Assembly: GCA_036278915.1 (NCBI GenBank) | Contig: DASUKB010000002.1 | Span: 95,162-159,161 of the forward strand | DNA: 64,000 nt | Direction: 5' to 3' | Source: Patescibacteria group bacterium | GTDB taxonomy: Bacteria; Patescibacteriota; Doudnabacteria; UBA920; O2-02-FULL-48-8 | In this document: one piece after another, positions 10,274 through 19,046 of the stretch | Position numbering within the stretch: position 1 is the stretch's first letter | How the letters are laid out: each line of letters opens with the position of its first letter | Translations under genes and position numbers: made by a program | The notes under the pieces: model-generated | What the model was told of the DNA's origin: nothing | Databases searched by the model: none | What the model saw: the letters and a program-made list of their open reading frames with translations, nothing else

Positions 10274-10347
10274 GCAGGTATGGTTTAGTGGTAGAACACG
10301 TCCTTGCCAAGGACGATGCGCGGGTTCGATTCCCGCTACCTGCTCCA
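10274..10347 (+). tRNA. tRNA-Gly(GCC)
   Basis: Loop TTGCCAA, U73, CCA; no spacer after tRNA-Phe. Confidence 0.95.
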
Positions 10348-10436
10348 GAAAAAGGACCCGACTTGTTCGGGTCTTTTTTCTTGGAGATAGAAATTTGGTA
10401 TTAGCGGGAGCAGAAAATATTTGTTATAGTGCAGGT

Positions 10437-11663
10437 ATGGATTCTACGTCTGACACAAAAAATATTCAAACCGATTGCTGTATCGCTGGCGGCGGTCCGG
10501 CCGGCATTATGCTCGGCTTTTTACTGGTTCGAGCCGGAGTGGACGTCACTATTTTAGAAAAATGGCCGGATTTTTTTCGCGATTTCCGCGGCGATACCAT
10601 CCATCCTTCCACTATGGATATTTTAAATGAGCTGGGATTGTTGGATGAATTTTTGAAATTGCCGCACCAGGAAATCCCGCGTGTGGTCGCGGCCATTGGC
10701 GACCAGGAAATCACCATCGCGGATTTTGAGCACCTGCACGTGCGCTGTCCGTTTTTGGGATTTATGCCGCAATGGGACTTTTTGAACTTTATCGCAGAGT
10801 ATGGCCGCAAATTTTCCAACTTCCACCTGCTTATGGAAACCGAAGCCCTGGATTTAATTTATGAAAATGGCAAAGCCACAGGTTTAACCGCGCGCAATTC
10901 ATCGGGTACGTTTGATATCCGTGCCAAGCTTGTGGTGGGCGCAGACGGTCGGCACTCGGTGGTCCGTGAAAAATCCCATTTACCTAACCAAAGTTTGGGT
11001 GCGCCCATGGATGTGCTCTGGTTCCGCATCTCGCGCAAAAAATCCGACCCAGTGCCCGTGTTGGGAAGGCTTGAGCGCGGCGAGATGATGATTATGATTG
11101 ACCGCGATGACTATTGGCAGTGCGGGTTTATAATCCCCAAAGGAAATTTTGAGCAAACAAAACAGCAAGGTTTGGGTTCCCTGCATACCAGAATTTTGGA
11201 TCTGGCTCCGTTTTTGGAAAGCCGGTCTCAGGAAATTTCCGATTGGTCACAAGTCAAATTATTGAGCGTCGCCGTGGAGAGGCTTAGCCAGTGGTACCAG
11301 GACGGACTTATTTGCATTGGCGATGCCGCGCATGCCATGTCGCCTATCGGCGGCGTCGGCATTAATTTGGCCATTCAGGATGCGGTTGCCGCAGCTAATA
11401 TTCTCATCCCAGCTTTCCGGCGCGGTGGCCCGAAACTATCAGACTTGCAGGCTATCCAGAAACGTCGGCAACTGCCTACCAAAATTATCCAGCGCATGCA
11501 GATTTATATCCAAAACCATCTCATATACCACGTCGTGGCCGGCGACCTCAAACTTCAAGTCCCCTGGTTTCTTAAACTTTTATCTCGCTTCCCTGCGCTG
11601 CGTAGGATTCCGGCGCGCATGATCGGCGTAGGCTTCCGGCCTGAACACGTAACGCAAAAATAA
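10437..11663 (+). CDS. FAD-dependent oxidoreductase/monooxygenase (UbiH-like fold)
   Basis: IAGGGPAG, GADGRHS, IGDAAHAMSPIGGVGINLAIQDA. Confidence 0.92.
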   Translation: MDSTSDTKNIQTDCCIAGGGPAGIMLGFLLVRAGVDVTILEKWPDFFRDFRGDTIHPSTMDILNELGLLDEFLKLPHQEIPRVVAAIGDQEITIADFEHLHVRCPFLGFMPQWDFLNFIAEYGRKFSNFHLLMETEALDLIYENGKATGLTARNSSGTFDIRAKLVVGADGRHSVVREKSHLPNQSLGAPMDVLWFRISRKKSDPVPVLGRLERGEMMIMIDRDDYWQCGFIIPKGNFEQTKQQGLGSLHTRILDLAPFLESRSQEISDWSQVKLLSVAVERLSQWYQDGLICIGDAAHAMSPIGGVGINLAIQDAVAAANILIPAFRRGGPKLSDLQAIQKRRQLPTKIIQRMQIYIQNHLIYHVVAGDLKLQVPWFLKLLSRFPALRRIPARMIGVGFRPEHVTQK

Positions 11664-11688
11664 AACCCCGCAAGCTGCGGGGTTTTAT

Positions 11689-12045
11689 TTAGGTCATAGT
11701 CTGCATTGTGCGGTTGGAGGTAAGCGCGCTGGTAAGTCCGAACACAGCGACGATGATTCCCAAAATGACACTGTTGGTCACCACCGCGGAAACGGCGCCA
11801 TGTCCCAAACTGAACGGCGCAATGATCATCCAAAGCCCAAGCAGGAAGTTAATCCATGAAGCCCAGGCCGAATTGGGGGTGCTCATACGGATGATCGCAA
11901 GGATTCCGATAATGATCCCTAAAATCACGGAGTTGGTCGCTGACACGCCCAATCCCGAGTAATTTAAAATAAACGGTGAAATGATCAGCCATATGCCCGC
12001 AAGCAGGTTAATGGTACTTGCGGTATTGGTTGTTGCTCTTGCCAT
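11689..12045 (-). CDS. SPW-repeat membrane protein
   Basis: Two GxWxIIxPF...TNSVILGII repeats; SD aagggggtga before ATG 12045. Confidence 0.85.
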   Translation of the reverse strand: MARATTNTASTINLLAGIWLIISPFILNYSGLGVSATNSVILGIIIGILAIIRMSTPNSAWASWINFLLGLWMIIAPFSLGHGAVSAVVTNSVILGIIVAVFGLTSALTSNRTMQTMT

Positions 12046-12143
12046 AAATATCACCCCCTTCTGATACCAGTCTAAACGAATAGCCCTATTTCTCAAGTGG
12101 CAAATTGAACAGTTTTTCGGAACTTCCGAGCGGCTTTTTTGGT

Positions 12144-12932
12144 TCAGAATGTACGTGTCCGGCCGACTATCATTTTAACGGCGTTGGATTTAACTTCAAC
12201 CTGCAAAGGTGTCGTGCCAAATTCGATTCCTCCCGTGAGGATGGGCATATTTGCAGGCGCGGTAATTTCTAGGGATCTGAGATGTAATACAGTGGCTCCG
12301 GGAATATGTTCCAGCTGTCCGGATTGCAATTCGCCTCGGTGCCTAAACTCCTCCCAACGTGAAAGCCGAGGCACCAGCACAACATCGAGTAGGCCGTCCG
12401 TGGGTAACCCCAAACCCTCATGCGCCTGCGTTTGGCAGTTGACGATTGTGCCGCCGAGCACGTCTGATGATTGGACCCGTAATCCCGGGCTTTGGATTTG
12501 AACTTCAAAAGTCTCTCGGTTTGGGAGAAACCCAAATGACAGCTTCGTCAGGAAATTTTTTCCATTAGCCTTGGCCAAATCCAATTCCTCAACTCGGCGC
12601 AGGGCCAAAGCCTTGCACGCGCCGGCTACATCCGGCAGTCCTAAACCTTGGGCTAGTTCTGATTTTACCAGCGGAATGTAACCGACCGAAACCGGTCTTT
12701 CGCCGACAGAGTTTATAACGTCATCCAGTGTCCGGTCTGAACCGGCCGCGACTATGGTTTTGGCCTGATGAAAAAACGCGGTCTCAACCAGCTGTCGCAC
12801 GGTCCGGATGCCGGTGATCCGCACAATTTCACCGCTGATGTGGTAATCGGAAATACAAGAGTGCAGCTCGTGCTGCACTTTTTCGTATTGCCGCTGGCTT
12901 AATCCGCAAGAATCGACAATGTAATAGTACAT
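12144..12932 (-). CDS. Diacylglycerol kinase family protein (degenerate)
   Basis: IVAAGSDRTL (GGDGT-like), VGYIPL, DGLLDV. Confidence 0.8.
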   Translation of the reverse strand: MYYYIVDSCGLSQRQYEKVQHELHSCISDYHISGEIVRITGIRTVRQLVETAFFHQAKTIVAAGSDRTLDDVINSVGERPVSVGYIPLVKSELAQGLGLPDVAGACKALALRRVEELDLAKANGKNFLTKLSFGFLPNRETFEVQIQSPGLRVQSSDVLGGTIVNCQTQAHEGLGLPTDGLLDVVLVPRLSRWEEFRHRGELQSGQLEHIPGATVLHLRSLEITAPANMPILTGGIEFGTTPLQVEVKSNAVKMIVGRTRTF

Positions 12933-12935
12933 GCT

Positions 12936-13304
12936 TCAAACATTAGAACCTTCTAATTTTTGGGCTTCATTTTTTGGTTCCCGCATCTGGCAGTTCCCTA
13001 CAAAATACCCGCCTTCGTGAATGACAATGCGGGTGCAAGTGATGTTGCCTAAAACTTTTCCGGTTTCAAATATCTCCAGAGAATTTTTGACAGTGACATT
13101 GCCTTTGACCACGCCGGCTATGTAGGCGCTTTGTGCCATTAAATCGGCTTCAACTTGCGCCGCAGGGCCGACGTGAATATTTTGCGCTGCTTGCACGCGT
13201 CCACTCACGGTACCATCCAGGCGCACCGTGCCGCTTGATTTCAGTTCGCCTTCCACGCGCATGCCTTGGGCGATGATTGTTTCTAAGGACTCGTTTTTAG
13301 CCAT
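12936..13304 (-). CDS. Bactofilin (polymer-forming cytoskeletal protein)
   Basis: TIIAQG-VEGEL-GTVRLDG beta-helix repeats, GGYFVGNCQM. Confidence 0.92.
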   Translation of the reverse strand: MAKNESLETIIAQGMRVEGELKSSGTVRLDGTVSGRVQAAQNIHVGPAAQVEADLMAQSAYIAGVVKGNVTVKNSLEIFETGKVLGNITCTRIVIHEGGYFVGNCQMREPKNEAQKLEGSNV

Positions 13305-13764
13305 TGGCAGCCTCCGAGAGTGCTTTGGTTTCCTCGTCAGTCAGTTTGACGCGGGATTTGCCGGCTTGGATCTCTTTGGAATAGACGCGCGACTCTCCAC
13401 GGCTGTGGAGGACTGTAATCACAAACCCGTTGAGATGGTTGTTGAGCACGGCGAGCGAGAAACTTAAATTCCCCGCTTCCCCGAACTGCGAATACCGTAC
13501 GAATCCCATGCGCTGGAAATTTTTTTCGTTACTGGTTCGCAAAGATTCGGTCTGGTTATTGAGGTCAACCGCCGCCGCATTGAGTTTTTTTAATTCCTCG
13601 TCGTGCTCGGCCATTAAGAATTCTAAATTTCGCTTCATGCCTTGGGAATAAAAATGCCGGCGCACGGAATCAAGCTTTTGAATTCGGAAAAATTGCCAGA
13701 TGACCACTATCAGCAGCAGTAGGCTCAATCCTAAATTGGCGTACAATATATTTTCGGTTGTCAT
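13297..13764 (-). CDS. DUF4446 family protein
   Basis: N-terminal TM, coiled coil, GFVRY-F-GNLSFSLAVL-GFVIT-SRVYSK. Confidence 0.85.
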   Translation of the reverse strand: MTTENILYANLGLSLLLLIVVIWQFFRIQKLDSVRRHFYSQGMKRNLEFLMAEHDEELKKLNAAAVDLNNQTESLRTSNEKNFQRMGFVRYSQFGEAGNLSFSLAVLNNHLNGFVITVLHSRGESRVYSKEIQAGKSRVKLTDEETKALSEAANG

Positions 13765-13843
13765 TAAGCACATTATAATGCTTTGGCCGGGCTTGGACAA
13801 TCCCCGGCTTTTTGATATACTGACCGCACTTAAACCAATTCAC

Positions 13844-14026
13844 ATGCCCAAAAATATTTCTATATCCGCTGAATCTGACGCGCAGGAATATCGCCAGGTC
13901 CGCCGCGACCTGATATTTGTAATCGTCATGAACATTATATTCTTCGGCGTCTTGCTCGGACTATATTTCTATAATCGTTCCACCGGATCCGTGGATTCAT
14001 TCTTCTCCCACCTCCTGAAATTCTAA
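13844..14026 (+). CDS. Small membrane protein
   Basis: 60 aa, EY-VRRDL followed by one TM; TTGGAC/TATACT promoter-like upstream. Confidence 0.65.
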   Translation: MPKNISISAESDAQEYRQVRRDLIFVIVMNIIFFGVLLGLYFYNRSTGSVDSFFSHLLKF

Positions 14027-14030
14027 ATCG

Positions 14031-14215
14031 GGGCCCGTAGTAAAGTGCTACACGGCATTCGCACTCGCCTGCCTTACTTGTGGCGGGGATATAGTAAAGT
14101 GGCATTACGCCGCATTCGCATTGCGGAGGCGAGAGTTCGATTCTCTCTATCTCCACCAGAAGTAAGGTCGGGGGCAGGTCGCAGAGGCGGGAGTTCGATT
14201 CTCCACGGGTCCACC
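14031..14215 (+). pseudogene. Outer, interrupted tRNA-Ala(CGC) enclosing an inverted repeat and an intact tRNA-Ala
   Basis: GGGCCCG/CGGGTCC-A-CCA acceptor with G3:U70; TTCGCA then insert 14064-14177; T-arm GGGAG-TTCGATT-CTCCA. Confidence 0.85.
14085..14158 (+). tRNA. tRNA-Ala(CGC), nested
   Basis: GGGGATA/TATCTCC (G3:U70), CCGCA-TTCGCAT-TGCGG, GAGAG-TTCGATT-CTCTC, CCA. Confidence 0.93.
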
Positions 14216-14221
14216 AGAAAA

Positions 14222-14325
14222 GCTCGGACATCAGTTTTTTTCGGACACGTCCCGCTTGGCGCGGGACTAAATGCTCGGCCATTGGAATGGCCTCGCAGTT
14301 GTCCTCAAAAAACTGCTGTCCTCGC
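14222..14325 (+). repeat. 104-bp tRNA-distal structured element, copy 1
   Basis: Three differences by manual alignment from the reverse complement of 17440-17543. Confidence 0.9.
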
Positions 14326-14372
14326 TCAAAAAATTAGTTATCTGTTTTCAAAAAACCGCCAGAAGGCGGTTT

Positions 14373-15698
14373 TTAAGTTTGCACTAATTTATGTAATTCT
14401 TCGCGTACAATAGTTCGTTCGTCCCAGGGTATCGCACCGTTTTTCGTCATCATGGTCTGCTCTGCTCCTTTGCCTGCAATGATTAGGACATCCCCCGCTT
14501 TTGCCAGCGATAGGGCCTTGGCAATGCCGCCGCGGCGATCCGGATTGCGGAATAGTGTTTGCCCGATGATTTTGCCGTGCGCTACGGCCGCGTCTGCTAT
14601 TTCGTGAATTATATCCTGCGGATTATCATCGTAGGGGTCTTCGTTAGTGACCACAACGAGATCCGATTTTTTGGCGGCGGTTTCGCCCATTTGCGCTCGT
14701 TTGGCGCGGTCGCGTCCCCCGCCCTGGCCGCCGGTGACTAGGATAACGCGATTTGTCCCTGCAATTTTTCTGGCTGCATCAAGTACGGTGTTTAGGCTTA
14801 AATTTTCGTGAGCATAGTCCACGATCACCGTGAAATTCTGACCTTCGTCGATTTTTTCCATGCGACCAGGAATTATTTTTACATTGGAAATCCCTGTCCT
14901 GGTGGCATCTCCTTGAAGTTTAAGCGTTTCAGCCAAAGCCAAAGCTGGCAGCGCGTTGTAGACATTAAATTTTCCGAGCACCGAGAGATGCGCTGGTTTA
15001 TTTTTTACATCAAAATCCACACCCTCCGAGGTTTCCCGAATATTTTCCGCAACGATGTCCGCTTTTGGATTTAAGCCGTAAGTAATTTTCAAATCAGCTG
15101 GAAAATTGTAAAAGAATTCTTTGCGGGGATCGTCGTAATTTATAATACTCACCCGCTTTACGTACTTGCCATTCAGTTGTTTGGCGTTTTCCATGAGCGA
15201 TGCAAACAATTTGCCCTTGGTCTGTTTGTAATTGTCAAAACTTCCGCCGTGCGATTCCAAATGTTCGGGTGAAAGATTTGTAAACACCGCACAATCAAAG
15301 ATAATTCCCACGTGGCGGTACATCAGAATCCCCTCGCTCGTTACCTCAAGCACCGCGTGCGTACAGCCGGAGTGAACCATTTCCGAAAGCATCTTCTGCA
15401 GCCGGAACGGCCCGGGCATGGTCATATGCATATTATTGAGCAGTTCCCTGTCCCCTAACTTTAGATTTGCTGTGCCAATTTGTCCTGTTTTGAATCCGGC
15501 AGCCGTGAGTACGCTCCAAATGAAATTCGCAGATGACGTTTTACCTTTTGTGCCGGTAATCCCAATGACGTACATTTTCCTGGACGGATTGCCATACAGT
15601 ATGCAGGCCGCTCGCGCCAACAAATAATGGTAGGTCTGAAGCACAAACTTTGGCGTCAGCTTTCTGATGATTTTTTTTAATTTATGCAATGTGTTCAT
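14373..15698 (-). CDS. murE: UDP-MurNAc-tripeptide synthetase
   Basis: GITGTKGKTS, LEVTSEG, FTNLSPEHL, PGRME, VDYAH, AGKGAE. Confidence 0.93.
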   Translation of the reverse strand: MNTLHKLKKIIRKLTPKFVLQTYHYLLARAACILYGNPSRKMYVIGITGTKGKTSSANFIWSVLTAAGFKTGQIGTANLKLGDRELLNNMHMTMPGPFRLQKMLSEMVHSGCTHAVLEVTSEGILMYRHVGIIFDCAVFTNLSPEHLESHGGSFDNYKQTKGKLFASLMENAKQLNGKYVKRVSIINYDDPRKEFFYNFPADLKITYGLNPKADIVAENIRETSEGVDFDVKNKPAHLSVLGKFNVYNALPALALAETLKLQGDATRTGISNVKIIPGRMEKIDEGQNFTVIVDYAHENLSLNTVLDAARKIAGTNRVILVTGGQGGGRDRAKRAQMGETAAKKSDLVVVTNEDPYDDNPQDIIHEIADAAVAHGKIIGQTLFRNPDRRGGIAKALSLAKAGDVLIIAGKGAEQTMMTKNGAIPWDERTIVREELHKLVQT

Positions 15699-16998
15699 CA
15701 AAGTCGCGATATCCGGCTATAAGGCCCAAACTTAAGAAGAAAAGTAATTGTCCCTGCTGAATTGTAACAAGAAAATGGTCAAACAGCGACATAATCAGCA
15801 AACTGCCGCCTAAAATTAATAATGTGAAACGCAAAAGCGTCGGCGAAGAAGCTGCCAGCCGAACTGCAATGACAATCAAATAGCTTAAGAACAATATCAA
15901 TCCCAAAATTCCCATGCTGGCTGCAATGTAAATAAAAATATTATGCGGTGGCTGATAATCCCAAGGTTGCATGTTAAACTTGGTAACCATGGTTTGGATG
16001 TAATTGCCTAAACCTGTACCCCATGGGTGATTTCGTAAAATCTGTAATCCAATATTGTTGTAGGTCCCGCGATCTATATATGAATTCGTACTGGAGATAT
16101 TGGAAACTCGGCCAAATAGCAAGTTGTGCCAGGAGACAAGGATTATGAAACAAGAAATTACAGCAGAAGTTATTATTTGCACATAAATTCTCCATTTTGT
16201 CAAGGAAAAGTTATAAATTATATAAATTAGGGTTGTCAGAGCTGCAATTAGCCAAGACACTCGTGAAAAGCTTAGAAATATTCCCACGATAAGTAAAATG
16301 CTTCCAATCCCCAATAAAATACGGGTGTTTTGGTTTGTTTCACGTGAGACATACCAATATCCCATAATTAAACTCAAGCATAAAAATGCGCCGAATATAT
16401 TGGGATGGGGGAATGTACCGTAGGCTCGAATGACTTTACCACCCATAAAATCCAAAGTAGCTAATCCGCCTGTTCCCAAAGGAGCAATATATTCGCCTAA
16501 GAGACGCAATCCGATATCGTGTTGCATATGAAACTGGATTATTCCAAGTACAGCTTGAAAAATTCCAGATAGATACAATATGCCAGCTGTAATTCGGAAG
16601 AACATAAGATTTCGGAACGTACTGGCCACATAAAAGACCAGAAATATAAACTCAACCAGTTTAAATAAGCTATAAACTTCAAAAAAACTGTGTTGCACAT
16701 GCAACCAGCCAATTAATGATGTGAATATTAAGCCTAATGTAAGCCAAAAGATGGGATTACGTAAGTTTAACGTTGTTTTAAAAGTTTTTATGTTTTCCAC
16801 AAGAAACGCTACGAAACAGCAGATCAATAAAAGATCAGAAATATATAAGAAAATTGCCAAGTACGAAGAAAAATAGCCGTGAATGTAAGCTGATTCTGGT
16901 TGGTAGATTACACGCAGGTTAAAAGGAATGGTTATTAGAAAAGCCCAAAAAAATATCTGATTAATTTTTTGAGCTTTAATAATTGACAAAATAGACAT
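15682..16998 (-). CDS. O-antigen ligase (Wzy_C) family membrane protein
   Basis: Multi-TM; RAYGTFPHPN, SFSR, GTGLGNY, PHNI motifs; AT-rich. Confidence 0.9.
   Translation of the reverse strand: MSILSIIKAQKINQIFFWAFLITIPFNLRVIYQPESAYIHGYFSSYLAIFLYISDLLLICCFVAFLVENIKTFKTTLNLRNPIFWLTLGLIFTSLIGWLHVQHSFFEVYSLFKLVEFIFLVFYVASTFRNLMFFRITAGILYLSGIFQAVLGIIQFHMQHDIGLRLLGEYIAPLGTGGLATLDFMGGKVIRAYGTFPHPNIFGAFLCLSLIMGYWYVSRETNQNTRILLGIGSILLIVGIFLSFSRVSWLIAALTTLIYIIYNFSLTKWRIYVQIITSAVISCFIILVSWHNLLFGRVSNISSTNSYIDRGTYNNIGLQILRNHPWGTGLGNYIQTMVTKFNMQPWDYQPPHNIFIYIAASMGILGLILFLSYLIVIAVRLAASSPTLLRFTLLILGGSLLIMSLFDHFLVTIQQGQLLFFLSLGLIAGYRDFDEHIA
16336..16351. promoter_or_regulatory. parS-like site inside the ligase gene
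   Basis: TGTTTCACGTGAGACA, one mismatch to TGTTTCACGTGAAACA. Confidence 0.7.
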
Positions 16999-17095
16999 AT
17001 TTATGTTCTAATTTGAAAATTAATCATGAATGGTTGTGAATTTAAGATTTATGCTGTATTATAAGGTTCATTTCCATAGGAGGAGGTGATAAAAA

Positions 17096-17326
17096 GTGGG
17101 TAGTTTACGTCGTTGTACGGAGTTGAAAGACTTGGGTGCAATTTTGCTAAGCGAAAGTGTTGCAAGCAAGACCGAGACAGAACATCTTGCGGATCGGATC
17201 CGCGCCTGGATTGGTGAAGCTTCGGCTAATAGCTGTGCGCAAGCAGGACCGTTTGCAATTGCCATAAGGTCTCTAATGGTGGCATTGCGGCAGAAAGCTG
17301 AAGAGTTGTCCAAGCCGGAGGCGTGA
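17096..17326 (+). CDS. Small hypothetical protein
   Basis: Strong SD AGGAGGAGGTGAT before GTG; 76 aa. Confidence 0.55.
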   Translation: MGSLRRCTELKDLGAILLSESVASKTETEHLADRIRAWIGEASANSCAQAGPFAIAIRSLMVALRQKAEELSKPEA

Positions 17327-17439
17327 TGTCCCACCACCAATTTCGGTAACGCCAGTGTTTTGTTTACAAGCACTGGCGTCTTTATTTTGCCAACTTTTTA
17401 TTAGCGAGAGACAGATATTTTTGAGGATAAGATTCTTAA

Positions 17440-17543
17440 GCGAGGACAGCAGTTTTTTGAGGACAACTGCGAGGTCTTTCCAATGGCCGAGCATTTAGTC
17501 CCGCGGCAAGCGGGACGTGTCCGAAAAAAACTGATGTCCGAGC
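17440..17543 (-). repeat. 104-bp tRNA-distal structured element, copy 2
   Basis: Near-identical inverted copy of 14222-14325; follows a duplicated tRNA-Pro 3' end. Confidence 0.9.
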
Positions 17544-17549
17544 GTTCTC

Positions 17550-17683
17550 TGGTCGGGGTGCTGGGAATCTCATTCGCCGCTTATGCGGCTCTTCCAGGGC
17601 AACGTCAAAACGTTCACTGAACGTTTTGCCGACGTTCGGCTGCGGCTTAAGCCTTGCCTCACTTATGCCCGTTCAATTCCCAG
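17550..17683 (-). pseudogene. Second tRNA-Pro 3' half with ~110-nt structured insert in the T-loop position
   Basis: ATTCCCAGCACCCCGACCA repeated (17550-17568); CTGGGAATTGAAC arm at 17671-17683. Confidence 0.7.
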
Positions 17684-17696
17684 AACATTGGATTTT

Positions 17697-17770
17697 TGGT
17701 CGGGGTGCTGGGAATTGAACCCAGTCTACACGAACCCGAATCGTGCGTACTACCGGTATACGACACCCCG
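17697..17770 (-). tRNA. tRNA-Pro(CGG)
   Basis: CGGGGTG/CACCCCG, CACGA-TTCGGGT-TCGTG, CCA. Confidence 0.93.
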
Positions 17771-17857
17771 TGGTCATCGCAGACATTATATTATTTTTTG
17801 ACACAAAAGAAAACCGCCTTATCAGCGGTTTTTTGGACTCTGATTATTTACTGTTCA

Positions 17858-18367
17858 CTATTTACGAAGCAAATACCAAAGACAGGGGAGTACCGTGACT
17901 ACTTGAGTGGCAATCCCAAGTGGCCAGAACCGAGACATAGGGAAGTGGGCACGCCATGTTTCATGAATTGCCAAGTGGAGTGTGTGGAACTGTTTAAAAA
18001 GGGAGAATTGGTGCAGTTTTTTGGCCCAAAGCGGAAGATTGTCAACCAAATCTGGCAGATATCCGCCGCCTGCACCCCAGGCAAACATGGAGAAGAAATT
18101 AAAATTGTCCCGATAATGCCAAATTACTAACACAATTAAGAACGCAAGCAGGGAATCGGCAATAGCAAATGTGAGGAGGCCTTTGGACCATTGAATTTCT
18201 CCATCCGGAGATAATGGTGGATTAATCGGGCCGTCGAGATGGGGGAGAAGATCACAAACTAAATGGGATGCGATGCCTGTAGCCAGACCCAAAGCGGGAT
18301 TTTGTGAAACGGCACCCACGGCTACACCAACTGCGCCGCCGATAATAACATGAGAAGTGGCAATCAT
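17858..18367 (-). CDS. Membrane protein, putative metal-dependent hydrolase-like
   Basis: SHVIIGG, SHLVCDLLPH, LPDL, HxxH motifs in TM context. Confidence 0.75.
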   Translation of the reverse strand: MIATSHVIIGGAVGVAVGAVSQNPALGLATGIASHLVCDLLPHLDGPINPPLSPDGEIQWSKGLLTFAIADSLLAFLIVLVIWHYRDNFNFFSMFAWGAGGGYLPDLVDNLPLWAKKLHQFSLFKQFHTLHLAIHETWRAHFPMSRFWPLGIATQVVTVLPCLWYLLRK

Positions 18368-18477
18368 ATAAAGTAAAAAGTTAGAAGTGAGAAGTTGAAA
18401 GTCTGCGGACCCAAGTATTATAAAGCATAAAAAAGAACCGCTCTCATCCGGAAGGACAAGTAGCGGTTCGAAATTGG

Positions 18478-18663
18478 TCAGGCTTGTGGCTGGAAGCGCT
18501 CACTGGCGTAAACGCCGGTGAGGACAAGGGCAGCCAACGGGCACAGGGATAAAAACTTGCTGTCCCAGCGCATGTACGGTGAAACGAGGACAACGACGGC
18601 AACCACTAAAGCTGGTTGCAGCAGCAGCCATGCGAAGCCGAGGGCCATGCGATGCGGTTTCAC
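18478..18663 (-). CDS. Small 2-TM hypothetical protein
   Basis: 61 aa, hydrophobic; follows the 18673-18891 ORF. Confidence 0.45.
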   Translation of the reverse strand: MKPHRMALGFAWLLLQPALVVAVVVLVSPYMRWDSKFLSLCPLAALVLTGVYASERFQPQA

Positions 18664-18672
18664 GGTGAGTTC

Positions 18673-18891
18673 CTACTTCTGGTAGAAACTCTTGCTGGCC
18701 CAGACCATGGCCGCAGCGACTACGACGAAGGCCGGGATCTTGATGGCCAGGCTGAGACCAGAGTGTCCCACCAGGTCGCAAATCCCTGACAGTTCGATGA
18801 GAACCAGGAACAGTAGGAGCAACTCTCCAAGTTGCACCAGTCGAGGCTGGATTGGGTGGGTTTCCGACAGGTTTTTTGCATGCTCCTCCAT
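18673..18891 (-). CDS. Small 2-TM hypothetical protein
   Basis: SD AAGGAGG before ATG (MEEHAKN...). Confidence 0.55.
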   Translation of the reverse strand: MEEHAKNLSETHPIQPRLVQLGELLLLFLVLIELSGICDLVGHSGLSLAIKIPAFVVVAAAMVWASKSFYQK

Positions 18892-19046
18892 GTGACCCCT
18901 CCTTGAAACGAACTTATCAATTCTACACCTGCCTAATTGCTTCGTCAACAAAAAAAGAAACCCCGCACCAGTCCAGTCAGTTGACCGGACGGTACGGGGC
19001 AAGCCGCAGCGACGTTGTACATTTAAGTACGCATGCTGCGGTGTGT

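Noticed and set aside
14064-14177. Group I intron or bulge-helix-bulge intron in tRNA-Ala
   Set aside because: The insert is almost entirely a tRNA plus short arms; no P/Q/R/S core or clear BHB motif, and the outer anticodon stem is mismatched.
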